Notes: generated by a model from the letters alone, not told the origin. Counted from the first letter of the stretch, positions 14,681 to 27,310 are shown. The stretch is DNA of 64,000 nt from the human T2T-CHM13v2.0 reference genome, Homo sapiens (GCF_009914755.1 NC_060926.1); one strand, 5' to 3'. Numbers and translations: made by a program.

Positions 14681-15725
14681 CCATGTTAAGAACTTTAGAT
14701 TCTTCAGTGCACTTAGTTCTCAAAACAACCCAAAAGAAAGATGTCTCCCCGGCCTTTACAGATAATTCCTATCTGGAAACACTTTTGCAATCACAGTCAA
14801 CTCAATGTCAGTTGCAGCCCTGGGAGGTATATTCTCAAATTCTTTATCCAGGCCATTGAGCAAGAAGAAGGTGGTTGCAAGACCCAGCCTTGTTAATCAG
14901 CCTTTAGCGGATACCTCTCCTAGACTGGTGCTGATCCTCTGTGGTCAGCCTTCTGCCACTGTGGACACATTCTCCAGGAGAAAGTCGGAAGAGACGTGTG
15001 TTTTCACCCTTTTCTAAGCCTTGTACTGTGGTTAGTAAGGTTCTCTCTAGTAACAGACAAGGAGTCAGACGGCTTCATTCAAAGGGATGGTAGAATTCTG
15101 AGGGAAGGAAGCAGCCAGGAAACAGCTCTCAGGACTTGGTCTTTTTGTCTTCTCCTTCTGAAACAGGTGTTCCCTCTCTCCTTCCTTCCTTTCTCCTTTG
15201 TTTCTTTCCTTCCTTCCTTCGTATTTTTCCACTATAAAGGCCGCTGCTCTCCCGTCTTTCCTTCCTCTGCTCCTGCTGCCACCAACTAATTGCTGTCTCT
15301 ACTCACTTCACTGCCTCACAGCTCTTGCTTCCTTCAAGCTTCTACTGCTTCCTGGTTTCTGCTCGTTCCCTTCTCACTGAATGCTTCCCAGCTTCTGCCA
15401 GCATATTTTACACTCAGAACCCCAAATGAAAGCATCCGATCAGTTGGCCTCTCTGTATCCAGCAGGCACAACTGTTGGACCGAGGTCTCATGCCAGACAA
15501 CCTCATGGCTGGGTCACATCGTCTACTCCAGACTCAATCCTCTGAGGACAGGATTCATGTGGCACAAGGTACACAAATGGCAAGGTCAGTCTAAGGAAAT
15601 GCTATGAAGCGAACTGTGGAAGTAGCAGCTGTTGCATTTCAGAATAGCCACTGTGACCTTGTTGAGACTCATAAATAAGGTCCCAGACCCAACATCACAC
15701 CATGCAACGACATTTATCCAACCAT

Positions 15726-15768
15726 CTCTCTCTCTCACACACACACACACACATACACACACACACAT
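15726..15768. repeat. (CT)n(CA)n microsatellite
   Basis: Direct reading. Confidence 0.9.
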
Positions 15769-15885
15769 TCACACCCCTCACACATGACACATGTCACACT
15801 CCCTTATGGTTCTCATTATTTCCATCCTTCAGTTCAAAAAGTAATCAACTAGAGTGAAAACTTTATGCAAAACTAAAGGCATCAA

Positions 15886-16186
15886 GCTGGGCACAGTGTC
15901 TCAGGCCTATAATCCCAGCACTTTGGGAGGCCGAGGCGGGTGGATCATCTGAGGTCAGGAGTTCAAGACCAGCCTGGCCAACATGGCGAAACCCCATCTC
16001 TACTAAAAATACAAAAATTAGCTGGGCGTGGTGGCAGGCGCCTGTAATCCCAGCTGAGGCAAGAGAATCACTTGAGCCCAGGAGGCAGAGGTTGCAGTGA
16101 GCCGAGATGGCGCCATTGCACTTCAGCCTGGGCGATAAGAGCAAAAGTCCATCTCAAAAACAAAAACAAACAAACAAAAAAACAAA
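15886..16186 (+). mobile_element. Alu (S-type) with a short right-arm deletion
   Basis: Dimeric Alu; 'cccagctgaggc' lacks actcgggagg; duplication aaaggcatc. Confidence 0.92.
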
Positions 16187-16243
16187 AGGCATCCTATAAG
16201 GTATCAGTAACATAATGTACCGCTGTGGAATACAAGCCTGGTT

Positions 16244-16436
16244 CAGTGGTTCCCAAACTTGACTAATTCCAAAGAATCACCGAGTGAGTGTTTAAAAATT
16301 AAATCCCCAAGTCCCCCACTAGAGATTCTGACTCAACATATCTGAAGTAGGGCTCAGGCTTCAGAAAATTTTTTTCTTTTTTCTTTTATTTACTCCTTAG
16401 GTGATTCTGATGACCAGCCAGGCTTGGACTCCACTG
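16244..16436. mobile_element. MER5-like hAT-Charlie DNA transposon
   Basis: Termini cagtggttcccaaactt...ccactg; internal agaatcacc, agagattctga and ggtgattctga. Confidence 0.75.
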
Positions 16437-17051
16437 TTCAAGTTCCATGTTTACCCTTCCAGAGGATTCCCTGGAAGCTTTCATTACTACCTTGAGTCTG
16501 GTTCCTACAGCTTCTCCTCCTAGCTCTCTGCTTGATAAAATTATCTTACTGGGAGAGCCTGATATACAACAAGTTTCCCACTTGCCCTAGGGGGCAGGAG
16601 TAGGGCTCCCAAATCTCTCAATCTAAATGCCCACTAGTGCAGTTTCAGAAATGGAATTAAATTGTTCCTTAGGTAACTAGAGAAAATTAACAGATTCTTC
16701 CAACTTGGTTTGAAACCTGAATTAGGTGGAATGTTCAAGGGGTCATCACTAACCTGGACTTGATATATCCCAGCCTAGAAATTCTGGGGTTTCTCTAAAT
16801 TTTGGAATAGCTTTTTATCAGACATATAAAAGAAGATACATTAGTGTTTATCATAAAAGACATCAGGTAGCAGTGCAGTATGAAGTGGAAAATGTTATAT
16901 AGACCTAAGCTTTAGTTCAGGCTGGCTACTATGGAAAGGAAGTTATAACTTGGACTGCACAGGATTGTTGTGAAATTAGAGATGCTGTACCTAAAGCACT
17001 TGGAACTTTATAAATGGTAGTCGTTGTATTTAGAAAATAACTATTTTTGAG

Positions 17052-17376
<325 letters not shown>

Positions 17377-17439
17377 TCAAACTAATCTGAAGATAATAAG
17401 TTCTAGCACACCCAGTGGTACACCAGGGCAAGCTCTTAG

Positions 17440-17611
17440 GGGCTTGTGGAGCTGATTATGTGCATCTTTTCCAAACACTAAGGTCAGTGACATCATATTG
17501 GCTTGAAATCGGCTATGGTAGCATTATTTACACCACGGAAATTGGCAAATGTACACATCAGGGCTTTTTTTCCTGGAGAGTCGATTGTTAAACATTTACC
17601 AGCATACCACT
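17440..17611 (-). mobile_element. MER63-like hAT DNA transposon fragment
   Basis: 'ttgaaatcggc...atttacaccacggaattggcaa...ttgttaaacatttaccagcataccact' is the reverse complement of the recalled MER63 5' end. Confidence 0.65.
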
Positions 17612-17629
17612 ATAAAAAATTACAACCTC

Positions 17630-17969
<340 letters not shown>

Positions 17970-18644
17970 CTAACTTGGCCTTTTATTTGATCCCTAAGAT
18001 TTGTATCCATATAACTAGACCAGGATTCTGCCCTGATGATTTTTTGCCTATGGATCACACAGCATTTCGTAAATATTACCTCACAAATTCTCCCAACATC
18101 CTGGGGGAGCAAGAGATGTTAAGTGACTTGCCTGAGGCAGGACAAGAAATCAATAGTGAAAGGCAGAACTAAACCAGTCTGTATCAACCACCTCTGCAAT
18201 CCTTCCTAGACATCAGTACTGTGCAGACCCACATTGGAGACATGGGTAGCAATTACCAAAGGTGCTTTTTACATCATAACCCAGATACCCGAAGTCGCTT
18301 TCTACAGACTATGGTCCATATGCTCTGACCTTTGAGTACAGATTTGACTCCCCAGAATGGCCAGCGCTCTACATTTGGACATTTTTTCCAGAACTGTTCA
18401 TGGTCTTTTATTAATCAACTTCCTCCATGTTTTCTCTCCCAGGGACATGTGTTTGGAAAACTGGTTGGCCAGAGTTAGGGTTCTGTTCTGACTCTAACAT
18501 CTGCAAGTGGCAACATAACCAGTCAACACTGTATTTTTATCTGTGACCCTTTCTCTGGACTCCCCAAGGACAGAGCTCCAAGAGTCGTTTCTCTCTGTTG
18601 CCTCATCTTCATAATACTCTGGAAATGAATAAATGAATAATCCT

Positions 18645-19100
18645 TGTAGTAAGCAGCCTCTCAAATGGCTCCCTATGATCCCCCAATGGTTTTGCACACT
18701 CTATGTATAATCCCTGCTACCCCTTGAGTGTGGGAAGATCTGGTGACTTGCTTCTAGTGAATAGTATATGGCAAAAGTGGTAGGATGTCACTTCCCAGAT
18801 TAGGTTACAGAAAGACTGTGACTTCTATCTTGATCGTCATTTTTTCCTGCTCTCTCTCTCTCCCTCCTTCTTTCCCTCCCTCTCTCAGAGGGAGAGACTC
18901 TCTGAGCCTTTGCTGTGAGGGAAGCAAGGTGCCATATTACGAGTGGCCTTATGAGAGGTCCACATTGCAAGGAACTGATGTCTCTGGCCAACAGCTAGTG
19001 ACAGCCTGAGGCCTGCCAACAGCCACATGAGTGAGCTTGGAAGTGGCTCCTCCAATTGAGCCTTGAGGCCATCACAGCCCTGATCAACACCCTGATTATA
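18645..19100 (+). mobile_element. MaLR LTR (MLT1F/G-like)
   Basis: tgtagtaagcagcctct...cccttgagtgtggg...gtgacttgcttcta...atggcaaaagtggtaggatgtcacttcc...ggcctgccaacagccacatgagtgagcttggaag. Confidence 0.75.
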
Positions 19101-19127
19101 AAATAGTCAACGTATAAAACTCTCAAC

Positions 19128-19300
19128 TAGCCCAGTGTGGTGACGCTCACCTGTAGTCCCAGCTTTTCTGGAAGCTGAGGTAGAAGGATCACTTAAGACC
19201 AGGAGTTCGAGGCTGCAGTGAGCTATGATCACTCTACCTCACTCCAGCCTGAGTGGCAGGGTGAGATTCTGTCTCAAAAAACAAAAACAAAAACACAAAA
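19128..19300 (+). mobile_element. Alu right monomer (FRAM-like)
   Basis: cacctgtagtcccagc...aggagttcgaggctgcagtgagctatgatc with A-rich tail. Confidence 0.85.
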
Positions 19301-21326
19301 ACCCCTCTCAATCGACAAGGGAAGTGTTGGTCAGACTCAGTGACTGAATTTACCATATAAATCATCTCTACAAGATGCGGCCTGCACATCTAACATGATT
19401 ATTGCATGGTCCTCCTCTTCTGCAACTTAGATATCTCTAACTTTCATAACCCTTGAAAGGGTTTTAGGGATAAGAATATCCCCATTTTTGGAATGATCCA
19501 ACACCCCAACAAAAATGAACACAAGTCAATGACAACCTGACAACTGGAAATTCCAAGTTCTCCATGTTATTACGTCAAAATTGTCTAGTAAAAGAGAGGC
19601 CAGAAAGGAAAGCATGTGCTAAAATTTGCCCTTTCTAGTCTTGCATGAGTAATTCTTGCAGCAGGAGCTTCATTACAACCGCAGGACTGGGGCACACGAA
19701 GACGGCCATTTTCAAATCTGGCCTGACATCAGAATGTAATTCAACTAGATAAACCTGGGACTTGGCCAAAATAAGTAGCATTTGCAAAACTGGAGCCAAT
19801 GAATAGCATCACTTTTCTGTGGGACCATATGACTACATGTGAAGAAATAAAGGCCTTTGTTATTTTAAAGGGCAGGGACAATTGGAAATTTTGCAGCAGA
19901 TAGTCACAAAATTTTCCACCCTTGGCTCTCCCAAGAAGATACCAGTTAGTGGCTTTGGGAGTTGGGTGTGGAAGGGGTTGCTTAGGAAGCAAAATTAAAA
20001 TGATCCTGGACAGAATATAAACAGATGTCACTACATTTGTCATAGAACCTAAAACATGATTAGACCCTTACATTGTGAACTTACTTTTTCTGATCTTCTA
20101 TGACTTGGCTCCTTAAAATCATAGCATTCTATACCAGGCAAGGCTTGGAAAGCCAGAGCTCCCCCTCTCACAGCAAATTCTTATTTTGGAGAATAATTTT
20201 GGATTGATTTTTTAAAAATCTTTAAAAACAAAACAATCTGTTTTAAAAATTGGCTTTGCTTCTCTGCTTTTTGGACTTGTCTGCCTGGGACAGAGCAAGA
20301 GGACTCACATCTGTAACACTTTCCATCTGGGATGGGTTTTCTGCATCTTAGGCATAGACTGCTTTTCATTCGTCCCTTGAATTTAAGGGTTTTTTTTTTC
20401 TAAATTATTATCCCTATTGCCTAACATCGGAGCTGTCTGGGGTTATAATATGGAGAGTAGAAGCTCATCAGCTAAATTGGTTTTAGTTGCAGTTGAGACA
20501 GTATTTTATCCTGTCAGTTTTCATTTTATTTGATGACAGTGCTTGGTATTTCTTCCTCAATAAGCAAAGATGACTTAGATCAGTGGCCTGATGAATAAGC
20601 ATGAAATTTTGATTTAGAAAAGGAGGATATCCTGAAGCTCATGGAGAGAAAAAAGGAATCTAACCCCCCACCACACATACTTTAAATGACAAAGCAAAGC
20701 AGCAGCATTGTCTTTAAGCAACATATTTCAACCGAAGATCAACACTCCCCGATGTTAGGTAATAGAAATAATAATTTAGAAAGAAAAGGGGGGCCCTTTT
20801 AAAAACACAAAGAAGGAATGAAACATTTTTAAAGCAGGTATCGTATTACCTTCAGCACATGTCCCAAAGAAAAGGAAAAAAAGGGTGGGGGGGTCCGGGA
20901 GGGAGGGCGAAACTGATGCTTGGGAGGAAGAAGGCGACTCCCGCTGAGGGCCGGATGGAGGATGTGATCAGTCTAACACTCTGCCTTGGCCCAAAGGCTT
21001 CCTTCCGCCCTTTCGACCTATTAACAGGAGTGGGGAAGGACAAAGAACCGTGAATCGGAAAGAACGATTCCCAGCAATCTTCAGTGATCGAAAATAAATA
21101 AAGAAAAACAGAGAAAGCCAAAGTCTCCCATGGAAGGGAACCCAATTAATTGTCTTCGATTTCAGAATGAGTTTTTTTCCTGCTGTAGAAGAAGCGCACG
21201 GGAGGCAGCAGAGACAGCAACTTCTGCCAAGGTTCAACCTGATCAGAAATCGCTCAGAGCTCCAGCACCCGGGACTGAGGCAGAAGGGCTCCGCCAGGAA
21301 TAACGTTTTTTAAAGCACAGGATTGC

Positions 21327-21327
21327 T

Positions 21328-21372
<45 letters not shown>
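21327..21372. repeat. (TG)13(AG)10 compound microsatellite upstream of FZD7
   Basis: Direct reading. Confidence 0.95.
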
Positions 21373-21375
<3 letters not shown>

Positions 21376-21499
21376 GAGGAAAGAGGAGGAGGAGGAGAGA
21401 TTGATTGATTGATTTTTTTCTTTTCCTTCTCAACATGTCACTTTCCTGCATGGGAATTCCTGATATTCCTGGCAGCCCGGAGAGAGGGGAGAGGCCCCC

Positions 21500-24400
21500 T
21501 GGTGACTTATGACCCCCGCAGGAGTAACCAGAGAGCGCGCGCGAGCGCCCAGCGCCTGGCTCAAGACGAAGATTTAACCGAGAACAAAAGAACGTTTGCC
21601 AATCAGAAAACGCTACCCGAGAACGAGGATAACCCCGCTTTGTGTTTTGAAAACTCTTTAATTAGCCAGGTTTCTAAGACGCATTAAAACATTCCTACGC
21701 AGATTCTAAATGGAGGATCAAATGCTTGCTTCTGCAACGAAGATGGGATCCCGAAAGGGCACACGCCGCAGAACCAAGGCACACGGGGCCACTGAGACGC
21801 CCGGCGCGTCGTACAGAGTGTTCCTGGGCGCTCGGTCTCAGGTTACTTCTAGAACCAGTCTCCCCAACGCCGTCTTCGTTTCCTTAAAACCTCGCTAGAG
21901 TCACCCCAGTTCCCCAGACTCCAGGCCGTGCGCGCGGGCGGGGTGGCCTGAGCCCGGGTTCCCCGCTCTCCCTGCTTCGGGCCCTTCCTCCGAGGGGTCC
22001 TTCCTCCCGCCGTCACTCGGCCCCCTCCGCCCGACTCGGGTTTCTCCTCGGAGGCGGCCCCTCCTCCTTTTTATAACTCGGGGGAGGGGAGAGGGGACTG
22101 TGGCCTCGCGTGGACTCTTTGGGTCCGGGGGGAAAGAGGCGATCCGCAAGGCGCACCCCCTTCTCGTCCCGTCCCAAACCCCACATTGAGGACCCGGCGA
22201 CCCGAAAGCCCCGCCAGAGCCAGCCTTTGCAGTCCTAACGCGACTCCTGGTCACGTCTCTCCCCGAAGGGGCGCTGCGCGGTCCTTGCTCCCCTCAAACG
22301 CCGCTGGCGAAGGCGCCCCTGCTCAGGAATGCGCATCTGAGTGCACCAGGAAGAGGAACAAATCTTTGAAGCAAATTCCCTTTCTGCGCGTTTTCGTCCC
22401 TGAGCGAATTCAGGGTAAAAGTTTTTCCGAACTTTTCCCTCCCAGTCCCCCGCCCCTCCCCTCAGGAATCCGCCCAGAGCGCCGCGGACACCGCCTCCGC
22501 CACTCCCGCGCCCGCCCCTTCCGACTTCCGCCCAATCCGAAGGCGGCCACCGAAAAAACAAAGGCCGCCATTGGGCCGCCGGGGCCTGGGGCCGCCCCCG
22601 GAGTGGTTTGTGAATGGGGGGGGAGGGGGGGAGGGGAGGGGAGAGGAGGGGACGGGAGGGGACGGGAGGGGGCGGGCCGGCCCGGAACCCCGCGAGCCCG
22701 ACGCTTCTTCTGGCGACCAGCGCGACTCCGAGGCGTTAGTCGGCGCTCACTCCCGGCGGGCGGCGGCGGCGGCGGCGGCGGGCGCCAGGACTCGCTGCTG
22801 GGGCTGCGAGGGGCTGGAGGGGCCGGGGCCAGGCCGCGGGCACGAGCGCCTCGCGGTTTCGGACGCAGTGTGACTGGGTTTCCAAAAAGAACTCGCCGTG
22901 CTCCCGACTCCGGGGCCGAGATCGGACTCAGCAAGAGCCGGCCGTTTGGCTGAAACTTGGGGCCGAGCTTTTGGGGCTGAAGAAGGAGCGGGGTGTGGAG
23001 GAGGAGGCGAAGGAGGCGGCGACGAGCGGAGCCTCGAGGCCAGGAGGCGGGGCAGCACCGCGGAGGCGGCGGCCGGGGCGAGCGGGCGGCGGCGGCAGGG
23101 GTTCTCCTAGCGGGGACCGGACCAGGCGCGGGGGGCGTGCGCGCTGCGGTGCGCCGGGGGTCCAGAGTCTTGGGCAAACTTTGAAGGGTGCCGGAGCCGC
23201 TTGTTGCTCCTCGCGGCGGAGGGAGCCGCACCGTTACGTCCCCGCGGGGAGAGCGAGGCGGCCCTCCTCGGCGCCCCCAACCCAGGCTGACGAGTTTTGG
23301 GCCCCCGGCGGCCCTGCGAGTGCAGGGCGGCGGCGTCTGCGGCGCCTTCGCGGCGCGGGCACCCAGGCGGCAGCGCCCTTTGCTCCACGCCGCCCACGGC
23401 CCGGCCCCGGCGCCGTGAGGACTCTCATGCGTCGGGCGCGGCGGCGCCTCCCCGCATCCAAGCCTCTCCCAACCGCCTCGTCGCACTCCTCAGGCTGAGA
23501 GCACCGCTGCACTCGCGGCCGGCGATGCGGGACCCCGGCGCGGCCGCTCCGCTTTCGTCCCTGGGCCTCTGTGCCCTGGTGCTGGCGCTGCTGGGCGCAC
23601 TGTCCGCGGGCGCCGGGGCGCAGCCGTACCACGGAGAGAAGGGCATCTCCGTGCCGGACCACGGCTTCTGCCAGCCCATCTCCATCCCGCTGTGCACGGA
23701 CATCGCCTACAACCAGACCATCCTGCCCAACCTGCTGGGCCACACGAACCAAGAGGACGCGGGCCTCGAGGTGCACCAGTTCTACCCGCTGGTGAAGGTG
23801 CAGTGTTCTCCCGAACTCCGCTTTTTCTTATGCTCCATGTATGCGCCCGTGTGCACCGTGCTCGATCAGGCCATCCCGCCGTGTCGTTCTCTGTGCGAGC
23901 GCGCCCGCCAGGGCTGCGAGGCGCTCATGAACAAGTTCGGCTTCCAGTGGCCCGAGCGGCTGCGCTGCGAGAACTTCCCGGTGCACGGTGCGGGCGAGAT
24001 CTGCGTGGGCCAGAACACGTCGGACGGCTCCGGGGGCCCAGGCGGCGGCCCCACTGCCTACCCTACCGCGCCCTACCTGCCGGACCTGCCCTTCACCGCG
24101 CTGCCCCCGGGGGCCTCAGATGGCAGGGGGCGTCCCGCCTTCCCCTTCTCATGCCCCCGTCAGCTCAAGGTGCCCCCGTACCTGGGCTACCGCTTCCTGG
24201 GTGAGCGCGATTGTGGCGCCCCGTGCGAACCGGGCCGTGCCAACGGCCTGATGTACTTTAAGGAGGAGGAGAGGCGCTTCGCCCGCCTCTGGGTGGGCGT
24301 GTGGTCCGTGCTGTGCTGCGCCTCGACGCTCTTTACCGTTCTCACCTACCTGGTGGACATGCGGCGCTTCAGCTACCCAGAGCGGCCCATCATCTTCCTG

Positions 24401-25270
24401 TCGGGCTGCTACTTCATGGTGGCCGTGGCGCACGTGGCCGGCTTCCTTCTAGAGGACCGCGCCGTGTGCGTGGAGCGCTTCTCGGACGATGGCTACCGCA
24501 CGGTGGCGCAGGGCACCAAGAAGGAGGGCTGCACCATCCTCTTCATGGTGCTCTACTTCTTCGGCATGGCCAGCTCCATCTGGTGGGTCATTCTGTCTCT
24601 CACTTGGTTCCTGGCGGCCGGCATGAAGTGGGGCCACGAGGCCATCGAGGCCAACTCGCAGTACTTCCACCTGGCCGCGTGGGCCGTGCCCGCCGTCAAG
24701 ACCATCACTATCCTGGCCATGGGCCAGGTAGACGGGGACCTGCTGAGCGGGGTGTGCTACGTTGGCCTCTCCAGTGTGGACGCGCTGCGGGGCTTCGTGC
24801 TGGCGCCTCTGTTCGTCTACCTCTTCATAGGCACGTCCTTCTTGCTGGCCGGCTTCGTGTCCCTCTTCCGTATCCGCACCATCATGAAACACGACGGCAC
24901 CAAGACCGAGAAGCTGGAGAAGCTCATGGTGCGCATCGGCGTCTTCAGCGTGCTCTACACAGTGCCCGCCACCATCGTCCTGGCCTGCTACTTCTACGAG
25001 CAGGCCTTCCGCGAGCACTGGGAGCGCACCTGGCTCCTGCAGACGTGCAAGAGCTATGCCGTGCCCTGCCCGCCCGGCCACTTCCCGCCCATGAGCCCCG
25101 ACTTCACCGTCTTCATGATCAAGTACCTGATGACCATGATCGTCGGCATCACCACTGGCTTCTGGATCTGGTCGGGCAAGACCCTGCAGTCGTGGCGCCG
25201 CTTCTACCACAGACTTAGCCACAGCAGCAAGGGGGAGACTGCGGTATGAGCCCCGGCCCCTCCCCACCTT
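21500..25270. promoter_or_regulatory. FZD7: CpG island covering the FZD7 promoter, 5' leader and whole CDS
   Basis: Sharp rise in GC and CpG density versus CpG-poor flanks; CCAAT at 22532-22536, inverted CCAAT at 22570-22574, multiple GC boxes, no TATA box; Inr-like tcactcc near 22747. Confidence 0.9.
23525..25249 (+). CDS. FZD7: Frizzled-7, Wnt receptor (class F GPCR), 574 aa, intronless
   Basis: ATG at 23525 ([29 protein letters not shown] signal peptide), cysteine-rich domain ([17 protein letters not shown]...), seven hydrophobic segments, KTLQSW (KTxxxW Dishevelled motif), C-terminal ETAV PDZ ligand; 1725 nt = 574 codons plus TGA. Confidence 0.99.
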
Positions 25271-27310
25271 TCCCACCCCAGCCCTCTTGCAAGAGGAGAG
25301 GCACGGTAGGGAAAAGAACTGCTGGGTGGGGGCCTGTTTCTGTAACTTTCTCCCCCTCTACTGAGAAGTGACCTGGAAGTGAGAAGTTTTTTGCAGATTT
25401 GGGGCGAGGGGTGATTTGGAAAAGAAGACCTGTGTGGAAAGCGGTTTGGATGAAAAGATTTCAGGCAAAGACTTGCAGGAAGATGATGATAACGGCGATG
25501 TGAATCGTCAAAGGTACGGGCCAGCTTGTGCCTAATAGAAGGTTGAGACCAGCAGAGACTGCTGTGAGTTTCTCCCGGCTCCGAGGCTGAACGGGGACTG
25601 TGAGCGATCCCCCTGCTGCAGGGCGAGTGGCCTGTCCAGACCCCTGTGAGGCCCCGGGAAAGGTACAGCCCTGTCTGCGGTGGCTGCTTTGTTGGAAAGA
25701 GGGAGGGCCTCCTGCGGTGTGCTTGTCAAGCAGTGGTCAAACCATAATCTCTTTTCACTGGGGCCAAACTGGAGCCCAGATGGGTTAATTTCCAGGGTCA
25801 GACATTACGGTCTCTCCTCCCCTGCCCCCTCCCGCCTGTTTTTCCTCCCGTACTGCTTTCAGGTCTTGTAAAATAAGCATTTGGAAGTCTTGGGAGGCCT
25901 GCCTGCTAGAATCCTAATGTGAGGATGCAAAAGAAATGATGATAACATTTTGAGATAAGGCCAAGGAGACGTGGAGTAGGTATTTTTGCTACTTTTTCAT
26001 TTTCTGGGGAAGGCAGGAGGCAGAAAGACGGGTGTTTTATTTGGTCTAATACCCTGAAAAGAAGTGATGACTTGTTGCTTTTCAAAACAGGAATGCATTT
26101 TTCCCCTTGTCTTTGTTGTAAGAGACAAAAGAGGAAACAAAAGTGTCTCCCTGTGGAAAGGCATAACTGTGACGAAAGCAACTTTTATAGGCAAAGCAGC
26201 GCAAATCTGAGGTTTCCCGTTGGTTGTTAATTTGGTTGAGATAAACATTCCTTTTTAAGGAAAAGTGAAGAGCAGTGTGCTGTCACACACCGTTAAGCCA
26301 GAGGTTCTGACTTCGCTAAAGGAAATGTAAGAGGTTTTGTTGTCTGTTTTAAATAAATTTAATTCGGAACACATGATCCAACAGACTATGTTAAAATATT
26401 CAGGGAAATCTCTCCCTTCATTTACTTTTTCTTGCTATAAGCCTATATTTAGGTTTCTTTTCTATTTTTTTCTCCCATTTGGATCCTTTGAGGTAAAAAA
26501 ACATAATGTCTTCAGCCTCATAATAAAGGAAAGTTAATTAAAAAAAAAAAGCAAAGAGCCATTTTGTCCTGTTTTCTTGGTTCCATCAATCTGTTTATTA
26601 AACATCATCCATATGCTGACCCTGTCTCTGTGTGGTTGGGTTGGGAGGCGATCAGCAGATACCATAGTGAACGAAGAGGAAGGTTTGAACCATGGGCCCC
26701 ATCTTTAAAGAAAGTCATTAAAAGAAGGTAAACTTCAAAGTGATTCTGGAGTTCTTTGAAATGTGCTGGAAGACTTAAATTTATTAATCTTAAATCATGT
26801 ACTTTTTTTCTGTAATAGAACTCGGATTCTTTTGCATGATGGGGTAAAGCTTAGCAGAGAATCATGGGAGCTAACCTTTATCCCACCTTTGACACTACCC
26901 TCCAATCTTGCAACACTATCCTGTTTCTCAGAACAGTTTTTAAATGCCAATCATAGAGGGTACTGTAAAGTGTACAAGTTACTTTATATATGTAATGTTC
27001 ACTTGAGTGGAACTGCTTTTTACATTAAAATCGATCTTGTGTTTCTTCAACCTTCAAAACTATCTCATCTGTCAGATTTTTAAAACTCCAACACAGGTTT
27101 TGGCATCTTTTGTGCTGTATCTTTTAAGTGCATGTGAAATTTGTAAAATAGAGATAAGTACAGTATGTATATTTTGTAAATCTCCCATTTTTGTAAGAAA
27201 ATATATATTGTATTTATACATTTTTACTTTGGATTTTTGTTTTGTTGGCTTTAAAGGTCTACCCCACTTTATCACATGTACAGATCACAAATAAATTTTT
27301 TTAAATACAA
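25250..27310 (+). other. FZD7: FZD7 3'UTR (~2 kb, repeat-free, AU-rich distal end)
   Basis: Runs from the stop codon to the AATAAA; no interspersed repeats; several TGTA motifs upstream of the signal. Cleavage site approximate. Confidence 0.8.
27290..27295 (+). terminator. FZD7: FZD7 polyadenylation signal AATAAA
   Basis: cacaAATAAAtttttttaaatac with upstream TGTA elements and T-rich downstream sequence. Confidence 0.8.

Noticed and set aside
23297-23524. 76-aa N-terminal extension of FZD7 (650-aa ORF call)
   Set aside because: It begins at TTG; the signal peptide starts at the ATG at 23525; stop-free runs are expected in very GC-rich DNA. Non-AUG initiation cannot be excluded without Ribo-seq.
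21901-23776. Long overlapping ORFs on both strands (255, 358, 175, 180 aa)
   Set aside because: Low-complexity R/P/G/A translations of a CpG island depleted of stop codons; no recognisable domain.
24301-25276. 305-aa alternative-frame and 275-aa antisense ORFs within FZD7
   Set aside because: Typical shadow ORFs of a CDS with high GC at third codon positions; no independent support.
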